A stretch of DNA of 64,000 nt from Oscillospiraceae bacterium. GTDB lineage: Bacteria > Bacillota > Clostridia > Oscillospirales > CAG-272. Location: contig SVUF01000001.1 in NCBI GenBank assembly GCA_015063395.1, positions 1,336-65,335 of the forward strand, written 5' to 3'. The position numbers were made by a program, and so were the translations under genes. The notes under the pieces are model-generated. The model did not search any database, was not told the DNA's origin, and saw nothing but the letters and a program-made list of their open reading frames with translations. Positions 1-8,173 of the stretch are shown here, piece after piece; position 1 is the stretch's first letter; the number at the start of each line of letters is the position of its first letter.

Positions 1-1
1 A

Positions 2-322
2 CAGATCGAGGAGAAGGCAATTGAGATCCTTCTTGAAAAGCTGCCCCCGGAGCTTTCGGAGGATTACAGAGAGATCTTTTATTACGAGGACAACGATCCC
101 GAAGCCAAAAAGCTTATAAAGGCTGCTGACAAAATATGCGCGTATATTAAGTGCCTTGATGAAGAAAGGTGCGGCAACAATGAATTTACATCTGCCAAAG
201 GCACTCTTTTGAGGGCTATTGATGAACTCAACTGTCCCGAGGCTGAATATTTCATGGAGCATTTTCTTTCCTATTTCAATATGACTCTTGACGAGCTCCA
301 AAGAAACGGTGAAGAGAACTGA
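2..322 (+). CDS. HD-domain 5'-deoxynucleotidase, YfbR-like (3' fragment; start lies upstream of window)
   Basis: The frame is open from the window edge to TGA at 320-322. The translation (..KAADKICAYIKCLDEERCGNNEFTSAKGTLL..YFMEHFLSYFNMTLDEL) matches by eye the C-terminal half of E. coli YfbR (..[23 protein letters not shown]..). Confidence 0.75.
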   Translation, partial: QIEEKAIEILLEKLPPELSEDYREIFYYEDNDPEAKKLIKAADKICAYIKCLDEERCGNNEFTSAKGTLLRAIDELNCPEAEYFMEHFLSYFNMTLDELQRNGEEN

Positions 323-360
323 TAGAATTGAAAACGGAAAGAAGCAAGGAGAACAACATA

Positions 361-2940
361 ATGAAAAAAATAATAAGAACTGCACTGCTTTTGGCGGTGA
401 TGGCAATTATGGCGTTTGCGGCAGTATCCTGCAATCCCCCCGAGGAGCCCTTTGAAACTCCTGTAATAAGCATAACAAACGGATACAGAACGCTGTTTTA
501 CAATAAGTCGGGGGAGGTCAACATCACTCCCTACATGGATGCGGGACAGATCGAAATCAAAAACCATTCGGAATTCAAGGTGGATATTCATATCGCCTAC
601 GATAGCGCTGATAAAAGAGCAAATACACAGCTTACCGTGGAAAGCGGTGAAGCAGTGTCATCTGAGGTGACCGAGGGAACACTTTATTCAATCGTTTTAA
701 AATATACACCGAAGGGTGAGAACGAAAGCAAGACTGTGGAGTATCCCGCTACGGAGGAGGCTTTCGTACAGGCGCTTTCAGAAAAAGGAGAACATCAATT
801 TGTTGTGCTGGGCATAAACCTGAAAAAAGATCTCGTTGAGATCACAAGACCTCTTACACTTGTTCTTGAAAGAGATCTTGAGGTTGATACAGTATATTGC
901 CACGGCGATTTTGAGGGTAAGATAATAATTGACGAGGAAAGCGGGGATCTTGAGCCCGGAAAGCTTTTTGCTGACGGAGCGGGTATAGTTCTTGACATTC
1001 CAAAGCTCAAATTCATTGAGGAGAATCCAACATACTATCTTCGGGTCAAGGTATATAACAGCCGAGAGCTTGATACATCAAGGATCACCTTAAACAGCCT
1101 TGAGGAGTGGGAGGCGCTGTATTCCGAGGAGATGCTTCCAAAGCTGTATCCCGACACCACTCTTGTGTTTGAAGGAAAGTATACCATTTCATCAAAAATA
1201 TCCTTCAACATTCCCGTAAACATAGAGTTTAATGATGGGGTCGTGCTGGAAAACTCTATAAGCATTACGCTTGACAAGGCGGCAAAGCTCAGCTTCAAGG
1301 CGGAGCGCGGTGCGGATCTGCCCGATTATCCCATAGATCTCAATGCTCCGGAGGCGGAGGTTACATGGGAGATTCCCACAAATTCGGGCATCACCATGTA
1401 TGATATCGCAAAGCACCTTGGTGCATTGACTGTAAACGGAAGATCTCCCGAAAGCTATGCTCTCGGCGGAGACGGCTCATCAAAGCTTACATCGGTAACC
1501 CTTCATATGACGGAAAACCGAAACATCACAGAAAGCATCATCTGGAAGGCTGACGGATTTGTTCTCACGGCAACTATTGATTGTATTGCCGATCCCAATA
1601 CACTGAGAAATGCCAAGCTCCAGACTGTTGTGACAGGCGGCGGAAAAATTGAGTTTGATGAAAACGTAGTAACATCAACAGGCGGTGTGGATCTTCTTTC
1701 ACCCACGGGCTGTTATGCCACGGTAACCGATTCCTCGGGCAGATCAAACAGATATCTGATTGAAACCGAGTATATTCCTTCGTCTCTTCCAATCGTTGTA
1801 ATAGAGGTAGAGGGCGGAGCCGAGGTTGCTTCCAATGAGGAATATCAGAAGGCGACAATATACATGACCACCGATGGAACGGAATATAAAGCCCTTGGAG
1901 AGTCAACAATACAGATAAGAGGACGCGGACATTCCACATGGAAGTGGGAGAAGAAGCCATATAAGATCAAGTTTGACAAGAAAACTTCCCTTTTCGGACT
2001 TGAGGCAAATAAGGATTGGACACTTCTTGCAAACTATACTGACAAGGCGCTTATAAGAAACTATGTTGCTATGGAGGGAGCAAAGCTTTTGTCCTTTGCA
2101 TATACCCCTTCACAATATCCCGTTGACGTGTTTGTAAACGGAAAATATCAGGGGATCTATACAATGGGCGAACAGCTTGAAGCCAAAAACGGCAGAATTG
2201 AGCTTGCTGAAAAGGGATCCGAGGTAGATACGGGATATTTACTTGAAATTGGAGGAACAAGCTCCGAGGACGTATGGAACGAGACCTGCTTCTATACAAC
2301 TCTTTGTAAGTATGTAAAGGTAAAGGCGCCCGATGAGGATACACTGACCAAGGATCAGGTTGCGTTTATAAGGGATTATGTAAAGAAAGCCGATGCGGCA
2401 GTCATGGCAGGAGAGGGATATGAGGAATATATTGACCTCGATGCGCTCATCGATTGGGTAATCGTCCATGAGCTTTATTATAATATCGACTGTGCCTTCA
2501 GAAGAAGCTGTTATTTTACAAAAGACGCAGGCGGAAAGCTTACAATGGGACCCATTTGGGACTTTGACAACGCCTTCGGAAACTTCTGGAAGGATGACAA
2601 GACGTATTCAACATGGGCAACCGCGGACTCCACAACGGGATATATATGGGACAACTGGATGTCATATCTGATCACCTATCCGGAGTTCCGCGAAAAATAC
2701 AGAGCCCGTTGGGACGAAATAAAATATGATCTTCTTGATAAGCTTATGGAAGCCGTTGATACGGGAAGCGAGCTTTGCTCAAGAAGTGCTGCATATAATT
2801 TCGAGGTTTGGGATATTCTCAACCGCAGAGTAGGATGTCAGGACTCCTCGATAAAGAAGTATAACACATATGAAAAGCAGATCGAGTATATGAGAAGCTT
2901 CATCAAAACAAGATGGACTTGGATGGATGAAAATATATAA
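361..2940 (+). CDS. CotH-family (spore coat protein H-like) lipoprotein with a long N-terminal region of unknown function
   Basis: ATG at 361 lies downstream of AAGGAG; the track start at 328 is TTG. The signal/lipobox is MKKIIRTALLLAVMAIMAFAAVSC. The C-terminal half has CotH-like strings (IQIRGRGHSTWKWEKKPYKIKFDKK, DWTLLANYTDKALIRNY, GPIWDFDNAFG). Confidence 0.75.
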   Translation: MKKIIRTALLLAVMAIMAFAAVSCNPPEEPFETPVISITNGYRTLFYNKSGEVNITPYMDAGQIEIKNHSEFKVDIHIAYDSADKRANTQLTVESGEAVSSEVTEGTLYSIVLKYTPKGENESKTVEYPATEEAFVQALSEKGEHQFVVLGINLKKDLVEITRPLTLVLERDLEVDTVYCHGDFEGKIIIDEESGDLEPGKLFADGAGIVLDIPKLKFIEENPTYYLRVKVYNSRELDTSRITLNSLEEWEALYSEEMLPKLYPDTTLVFEGKYTISSKISFNIPVNIEFNDGVVLENSISITLDKAAKLSFKAERGADLPDYPIDLNAPEAEVTWEIPTNSGITMYDIAKHLGALTVNGRSPESYALGGDGSSKLTSVTLHMTENRNITESIIWKADGFVLTATIDCIADPNTLRNAKLQTVVTGGGKIEFDENVVTSTGGVDLLSPTGCYATVTDSSGRSNRYLIETEYIPSSLPIVVIEVEGGAEVASNEEYQKATIYMTTDGTEYKALGESTIQIRGRGHSTWKWEKKPYKIKFDKKTSLFGLEANKDWTLLANYTDKALIRNYVAMEGAKLLSFAYTPSQYPVDVFVNGKYQGIYTMGEQLEAKNGRIELAEKGSEVDTGYLLEIGGTSSEDVWNETCFYTTLCKYVKVKAPDEDTLTKDQVAFIRDYVKKADAAVMAGEGYEEYIDLDALIDWVIVHELYYNIDCAFRRSCYFTKDAGGKLTMGPIWDFDNAFGNFWKDDKTYSTWATADSTTGYIWDNWMSYLITYPEFREKYRARWDEIKYDLLDKLMEAVDTGSELCSRSAAYNFEVWDILNRRVGCQDSSIKKYNTYEKQIEYMRSFIKTRWTWMDENI

Positions 2941-3132
2941 TGAGCTTTGATAAGGCGATTTGAAGCGAAAAAATTATGGAAAAAATGTTGAATTTATGGG
3001 AAAAATTCAAAAATACTCTTGAAAAAAAAGGAAATGTGTGTTAGTATATTCAAAGTTAAATGAAAAACATAAAATTAATATGCCGCCGTGCGGAGACGCA
3101 AATATAGCGGACGGCAATAAATGGAGGAAAAT

Positions 3133-4338
3133 ATGGCAATGTACAACAAAAAGAGCATTGAAGACGTAGAAGTAGCCGGCAAGAAGGTTCTTGTTCGTTG
3201 CGACTTTAACGTACCTATGAAGGATGGAGTTATCACCAGCGACAAGAGAATCGTTGAAGCACTCCCCACAATTAAGTATCTTCTTTCAAAGGGCGCAAAG
3301 GTAATTCTTTGCTCACATATGGGTAAGCCCAAGGGACAGGTAGTTGAAAAGTATTCACTTGCTCCTGTAGCAGCTCGTCTTTCCGAGCTTCTTGGAATTA
3401 ACGTAGCACTTGCAGCAGACACAACAGGCGAGGATGCTAAGGCAAAGGCAGCAGCTCTCAAGGAGGGCGAGGCTATGCTTCTTGAAAATGTTCGTTTTGA
3501 TATCAGAGAAGAAAAGAACGATCCTACAATGGCGAAGGAGCTTGCAGATCTTGCAGAGCTTTATGTAAATGATGCTTTCGGTACAGCTCACAGAGCACAT
3601 GCATCTACAGCAGGTGTTGCTGACTATCTTCCTGCAGTTTGCGGATACCTCATCGGCAAGGAGATCGGCATAATGGGTAAGGCTCTTTCCAATCCTGAAA
3701 GACCCTTCGTTGCAATTCTCGGCGGTGCAAAGGTTAAGGATAAGCTCAGTGTAATCAACAACCTTCTCACAAAGGTTGATACACTCATCATCGGCGGCGG
3801 AATGGCATATACATTCCTCGCAGCACAGGGCAAGGGAACAGGAACATCACTTCTTGATGAGTCCAAGATCGACTACTGCCGTGAAATGCTTGAAAAGGCA
3901 GAGGCACAGGGTGTAAAGATCCTTCTTCCTGTTGATACAGTGGTTGCAAAGGAATTCCCCGATCCTATTGACGCAGAGATCGAAACAACAACAGTATGCT
4001 CATGCTGCATTCCCGAGGACATGATGGGTCTTGATATCGGTGAAAAGACAGCAGCTCTCTATGCAGAAGCAGCAAAGAATGCAAAGACAGTTGTATGGAA
4101 CGGACCTATGGGCGTATTTGAGAACCCCACACTTGCAAAGGGTACAATCGCAGTAGCACAGGCTCTTGCTGACAGCGAGGCAACAACAATCGTTGGCGGC
4201 GGTGACTCTGCAGCGGCTTGCGAGCAGCTTGGATTCGCTTCCGAGATCACACACATTTCCACAGGTGGCGGCGCTTCTCTTGAATTCCTTGAAGGTCTTG
4301 AGCTTCCCGGCATCGCTTGTCTCAACGATAAGGAATAA
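3133..4338 (+). CDS. pgk: phosphoglycerate kinase
   Basis: Full-length Pgk-like translation ([42 protein letters not shown]). GGAGG at 3123-3127 favours ATG 3133 over the track start at 3121. Confidence 0.95.
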   Translation: MAMYNKKSIEDVEVAGKKVLVRCDFNVPMKDGVITSDKRIVEALPTIKYLLSKGAKVILCSHMGKPKGQVVEKYSLAPVAARLSELLGINVALAADTTGEDAKAKAAALKEGEAMLLENVRFDIREEKNDPTMAKELADLAELYVNDAFGTAHRAHASTAGVADYLPAVCGYLIGKEIGIMGKALSNPERPFVAILGGAKVKDKLSVINNLLTKVDTLIIGGGMAYTFLAAQGKGTGTSLLDESKIDYCREMLEKAEAQGVKILLPVDTVVAKEFPDPIDAEIETTTVCSCCIPEDMMGLDIGEKTAALYAEAAKNAKTVVWNGPMGVFENPTLAKGTIAVAQALADSEATTIVGGGDSAAACEQLGFASEITHISTGGGASLEFLEGLELPGIACLNDKE

Positions 4339-4429
4339 TATAAATACTAATATTGTAAACTAATGGGGTCCGGAAACGGATCCCCTTAATAAAATAAAAG
4401 ATATATAGATTTTAAGGAGAAAACATAAA

Positions 4430-5200
4430 ATGGGTAACAGAAGAAAGAGAACGGTAATTGCCGGAAACTGGAAGATGAATATGACTCCTGCTCAGGCAAA
4501 GGAGCTTGTTTCACAGATTTACAGCAAGGTTAAGGGAAGAAAGGCTTGTGACATCGTTGTATGTGTACCTTTCGTTGATATTCCCGTTGTAGCTTCAATG
4601 GTTAAGGGATCAATCATCAAGGTTGGCGCACAGAACGTACACTACGAGAAGAGCGGTGCTTTCACAGGAGAAATTTCTGCTGATATGCTCAAGGAGTGCG
4701 GTGTTCAGTACGTAATCGTTGGACACAGTGAGCGCAGACAGTATTTTGGAGAAACAGACAAGACTGTAAATCTCCGTACACTTGCAGCTCTTGAGGCAGG
4801 TCTTCGTGTAATCGTATGTGTTGGTGAAACACTTGCAGACCGTGAATCCGATATTACTCGTGAGGTTGTTGCTCGTCAGACAAAGCTCGCTCTTGAAAAC
4901 GTTACTGCAGAGCAGATGAAGAATGTAATCATTGCTTATGAGCCTGTATGGGCAATTGGAACAGGCAAGACAGCTACCAATGAACAGGCTAACGAGGTTT
5001 GCGGAATTATCCGTCAGGTAGTTGCTGACAAGTACGGTAAGGTTCTTGCAAAGTCCACAGTAATCCAGTACGGCGGAAGCATGAATGCAAAGAACGCAGA
5101 AGGACTTCTTTCTATGAACCACATCGACGGCGGTCTTATCGGCGGCGCTTCTCTCAAGCCCGATGACTTTGCTGCCATCGTTCTCGCAGCTCAGGAATAA
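4430..5200 (+). CDS. tpiA: triosephosphate isomerase
   Basis: TIM hallmarks are present (AGNWKMN, VIVGHSERR, AYEPVWAIGTG, YGGS), and AAGGAG lies upstream. Confidence 0.95.
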   Translation: MGNRRKRTVIAGNWKMNMTPAQAKELVSQIYSKVKGRKACDIVVCVPFVDIPVVASMVKGSIIKVGAQNVHYEKSGAFTGEISADMLKECGVQYVIVGHSERRQYFGETDKTVNLRTLAALEAGLRVIVCVGETLADRESDITREVVARQTKLALENVTAEQMKNVIIAYEPVWAIGTGKTATNEQANEVCGIIRQVVADKYGKVLAKSTVIQYGGSMNAKNAEGLLSMNHIDGGLIGGASLKPDDFAAIVLAAQE

Positions 5201-5223
5201 TTTGGTTTTATAACGATTTCTAC

Positions 5224-5690
5224 GGGGAGAAACTTTTTGAAAAAAGGTTTCTCCCCGTACCCCTCTTCAAAAACTTTAGGAAATAGAGAAATTTATCGTT
5301 TTTTGCTTGTGCGCAAATTTTTCACGAATAAAATATATTTGTTTTAGGGGTGCAGCGTCACGCTGCCTTTTTGAAAAAAGGTTTCTCCCCGTACCCCTCT
5401 TCAAAAACTTTAGGAAATAGAGAAATTTATCGTTTTTTTGTTTGTGCGCAAATTTTTCACGAATAAAATATATTTGTTTTAGGGGTGCAGCGTCACGCTG
5501 CCTTTTTGAAAAAAGGTTTCTCCCCGTACCCCTCTTCAAAAACTTTAGGAAATAGAGAAATTTATCGTTTTTTTGCTTGTGCGCAAATTTTTCACGAATA
5601 AAATAATTTGTTTTAGGGGTGCAGCGTCACGCTGCTTTTTTCAAAAAGTTTCTTTGGTGGGGTAGGGCAAAGCCCCCAAAAAAATAATCA
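5224..5690. repeat. Tandem array of a ~134-bp modular intergenic repeat (three full units plus a diverged fourth start)
   Basis: The landmark tttttgaaaaaaggtttctcccc recurs at 5234, 5368 and 5503 and, diverged, at 5636 (periods 134/135/133). Each unit contains the hairpins GGGGAGAAAC..GTTTCTCCCC (complete only in unit 1) and GCAGCGtcaCGCTGC. The array ends in ggtggggtagggcaaagccccc. Confidence 0.9.
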
Positions 5691-5701
5691 AAGGAAATGA
5701 A

Positions 5702-7147
5702 ATGAATAGATATAAGAAGCTGATGGCTAATTCGGGAATGATAGCCATAGGAAATTTCGGATCGAAACTTTTAATATATTTTTTGATCAGGTTTTACACG
5801 GCGTATCTTACACCTGAAATGTACAGTACGGCGGATCTGATCACACAGACGTCGAAGCTTCTCATGCCGATCATGTCCCTCGGAATCGCCGAGGCGGTAT
5901 TCAGATTTGCTTTGGATAAAGAAAATGATAAACGCGAGGTATACTCGGCAGGGTTATATATCCTTGGCGCAGGATCTTTGCTTTTGATACCCGTGTTTAC
6001 GGTATTTACCGTTATGGGTCTTTTTGACGGGTATTCATATCTGATAGTACTGTATGTAATAGCGGCAAATCTTCACGGAGTAACGACCTTATATATAAGA
6101 ACGAAGGACCATTTCAAATTTTTTGCAGTACAGGGAATAATCAATACCGGAACAATGGTGGTACTGAATATTTTGTTCCTTGCCGTATTTAAAATGGGGG
6201 TTGAGGGATATGTGCTGTCGGGAGTAATTGCAGATTTGTTCTCGACCTTTATAGTATTTGTAAAGGAAAAGCTTTGGAGGGACATCGTACTGCCCAAAAG
6301 GATTGATAGGAATATCTTCCGCAAAATGCTGAAGTTCAGCTTGCCGATGATCCCAACCAATATTTTGTGGTGGGTGACCAATGTTTCCGACAGATATGTT
6401 GTAAAGTATTTTGAAGGAGATTTTGCCAACGGACTGTATTCGGTGGCGTATAAGATTCCGTCACTGCTTGTTTTGATATGCTCCATATTCATTCAGGCGT
6501 GGAACTATTCATCGGTTAAGGAAGAAAACGAAAAGGAACGGAAGAAGTTTTTCAGTACGGTATTTTCAGCATATTCGGCAATACAGTTTTTGGGAAGTTC
6601 AGCAATAATGCTGGTGCTTGATATTCTGGTGGTCATGCTGTTTGACCCTAAATTTCACGGAGCGGCATTGTATATACCGACATTGGTGTTTTCAACGGCA
6701 TTTTCAAGCCTTGTAACGTTCCAGGGAAGTGTATATACACTGAATAAGAAAAGCATGAATCTGCTGTATACAGCAATAACTGCGGCTCTTGTGAATGTTG
6801 TTCTGAATTTTGTATTAGTTCCAAATTCTCTGTTTGGAGTTAAAATGGCGGGACTTGGAGCAATCGGAGCGGCAATAGCAACGCTTATCAGCTATGTGGT
6901 GGTGTTTGCTGTCAGAGCTATCAATATTAAAAAGGTATATCCTTTTGATATGAAGATCGGGTATCTCGTGGCAAACGCTGTTTGCGTGGGGATACAGTGC
7001 ATAGTTGCAACACTTCGACCCGAAGGTTATATTTTCTATCAGATCCCGATTTTTATAGCAGTGATAATAATAAACTTAAAATCCCTTTCGGCAACGTTTA
7101 AAAAGCTGATTTTCAAGGATAAAAAGCCTGAAATGATAGATAATTGA
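5702..7147 (+). CDS. polysaccharide/oligosaccharide flippase family protein (MOP/Wzx-SpoVB-like, multi-TM)
   Basis: 481-aa polytopic membrane protein. Its N-terminus (KKLMANSGMIAIGNFGSKLLIYFLIRFYT) and overall hydrophobic pattern are typical of polysaccharide biosynthesis (Wzx/MurJ superfamily) proteins. Confidence 0.7.
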   Translation: MNRYKKLMANSGMIAIGNFGSKLLIYFLIRFYTAYLTPEMYSTADLITQTSKLLMPIMSLGIAEAVFRFALDKENDKREVYSAGLYILGAGSLLLIPVFTVFTVMGLFDGYSYLIVLYVIAANLHGVTTLYIRTKDHFKFFAVQGIINTGTMVVLNILFLAVFKMGVEGYVLSGVIADLFSTFIVFVKEKLWRDIVLPKRIDRNIFRKMLKFSLPMIPTNILWWVTNVSDRYVVKYFEGDFANGLYSVAYKIPSLLVLICSIFIQAWNYSSVKEENEKERKKFFSTVFSAYSAIQFLGSSAIMLVLDILVVMLFDPKFHGAALYIPTLVFSTAFSSLVTFQGSVYTLNKKSMNLLYTAITAALVNVVLNFVLVPNSLFGVKMAGLGAIGAAIATLISYVVVFAVRAINIKKVYPFDMKIGYLVANAVCVGIQCIVATLRPEGYIFYQIPIFIAVIIINLKSLSATFKKLIFKDKKPEMIDN

Positions 7148-7172
7148 AGAAAAACAGAATTGAATAAAAAAG

Positions 7173-7210
7173 CCCCGACAGATTTTTCGGTCTGTCGGGG
7201 TATTGTTTTG
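7173..7210. terminator. Bidirectional-looking intrinsic terminator hairpin between convergent genes
   Basis: Perfect 10-bp stem ccccgacaga (7173-7182) / tctgtcgggg (7191-7200) with T-rich flanks. A near copy occurs at 55137-55166. Confidence 0.7.
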
Positions 7211-7241
7211 TAATTATTTAAAATTTTAGATTGAATAAATT

Positions 7242-7574
7242 TTAATCTCCCGGTCTTGGATTGTTTGGCAAAGGCACTCCGTTTTCATCTCTGTTTATTG
7301 GAGTTGCTTTAAGATGAAAGTGTATGCTTTTGCATGGACATACTAAATTCATTTCATATTTTGAGTTTGAACCTCTATGAGTAAAATCTCCTCCGCATCT
7401 TATAACTTCACACCATGTATATACCTGTGACATCAGTCGTGGGCACATACCGGCGGGACATTCATATGTAAAGACGAACTTATCTCCTTTTTCAAAACCA
7501 AGTCGACAATTAGCTGATCTACCTTCAATAGCTGTCAATTCAAATTGCCAATCTTCTACTACCCATTTTTTCAT
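7242..7574 (-). CDS. small Cys-rich protein, TIGR04076-like (function unknown)
   Basis: 110 aa with the pattern C..G...GD.F.F....P.G.CP...(W)...GG.F.....CP, reminiscent of the TIGR04076 family. The assignment is from memory only. Confidence 0.45.
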   Translation of the reverse strand: MKKWVVEDWQFELTAIEGRSANCRLGFEKGDKFVFTYECPAGMCPRLMSQVYTWCEVIRCGGDFTHRGSNSKYEMNLVCPCKSIHFHLKATPINRDENGVPLPNNPRPGD

Positions 7575-7618
7575 GCTATAAATCTCCTTTTAGAAAGCTG
7601 ATTTAGTGAAAAAAGTTT

Positions 7619-8152
7619 TCAAGCTTTAAAATACCATTTCATAGGATTAGTATATATATAATTTCGTTTTGTTTCATAATCCTCTCTGTTGCGAATAATA
7701 TGTTCTGCTGAGGACCTTTGGAATATTTTTTCTATACCATATTGTTGTTTGCAAATACGGGATGTTAACGATTTAAAAGCACAGATCACATCATCCAACG
7801 TAGGGGAGGGGCTTGCTCCTCCCGCTATTTTATGCAAGAATATAATTGCGTGTATGTGGTCTGGCATAATTACATAATCCTTGATAGAAACGGTTGGAAA
7901 TCTTTTCTCTATCAAGGATAATTGTTCTTTTGCGATCTTTCCGCAGGGCTTTAGTTTTACGGTATATTCGGGAGGAGCAAGCCCCTCCCCTACGTACAAA
8001 CCGGTGGTTTTGTCTATAAAAGCGAGATCGGTTTTAATTACTTCGGACAATAGTTGTTTTCTGTCCCTTGTGCAAATAGTAACAAAATACAATTGCTTCG
8101 AACTGTAATCAAAATTCTTCAATCTGGTGGATTTTCTTTTTGGAAGTTCCAT
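7619..8152 (-). CDS. REP-associated tyrosine transposase (RAYT) / IS200-like Y1 HUH transposase family protein
   Basis: 177 aa with an HUH motif (MPDHIHAII) and a C-terminal Tyr helix (RNYIYTNPMKW). The N-terminus (RLKNFDYSSKQLYFVTICT) is typical of the COG1943/RayT family. Confidence 0.8.
   Translation of the reverse strand: MELPKRKSTRLKNFDYSSKQLYFVTICTRDRKQLLSEVIKTDLAFIDKTTGLYVGEGLAPPEYTVKLKPCGKIAKEQLSLIEKRFPTVSIKDYVIMPDHIHAIIFLHKIAGGASPSPTLDDVICAFKSLTSRICKQQYGIEKIFQRSSAEHIIRNREDYETKRNYIYTNPMKWYFKA
7798..7824. repeat. Left arm of a perfect 27-bp inverted repeat inside the RAYT ORF
   Basis: acgtaggggaggggcttgctcctcccg. The exact reverse complement is found at 7969-7995. Confidence 0.95.
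7969..7995. repeat. Right arm of a perfect 27-bp inverted repeat inside the RAYT ORF
   Basis: cgggaggagcaagcccctcccctacgt is the reverse complement of 7798-7824. The arms are separated by 144 bp. Confidence 0.95.
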
Positions 8153-8173
8153 TGTAATTTTGTTAAACAGTGT

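Noticed and set aside
3075-3461. 128-aa minus-strand ORF overlapping the pgk start
   Set aside because: It is antisense to pgk and has an Ala/Ser-rich shadow composition.
5276-5539. 87-aa minus-strand ORF with an internally repeated peptide
   Set aside because: It is simply the translation of the 134-bp tandem repeat, so the same peptide appears twice. It has no RBS and sits in intergenic repeat DNA.
5224-5690. Possible CRISPR array
   Set aside because: The units are contiguous ~134-bp repeats with no unique spacers, and no cas genes are in the window. It is a tandem composite repeat, not CRISPR.
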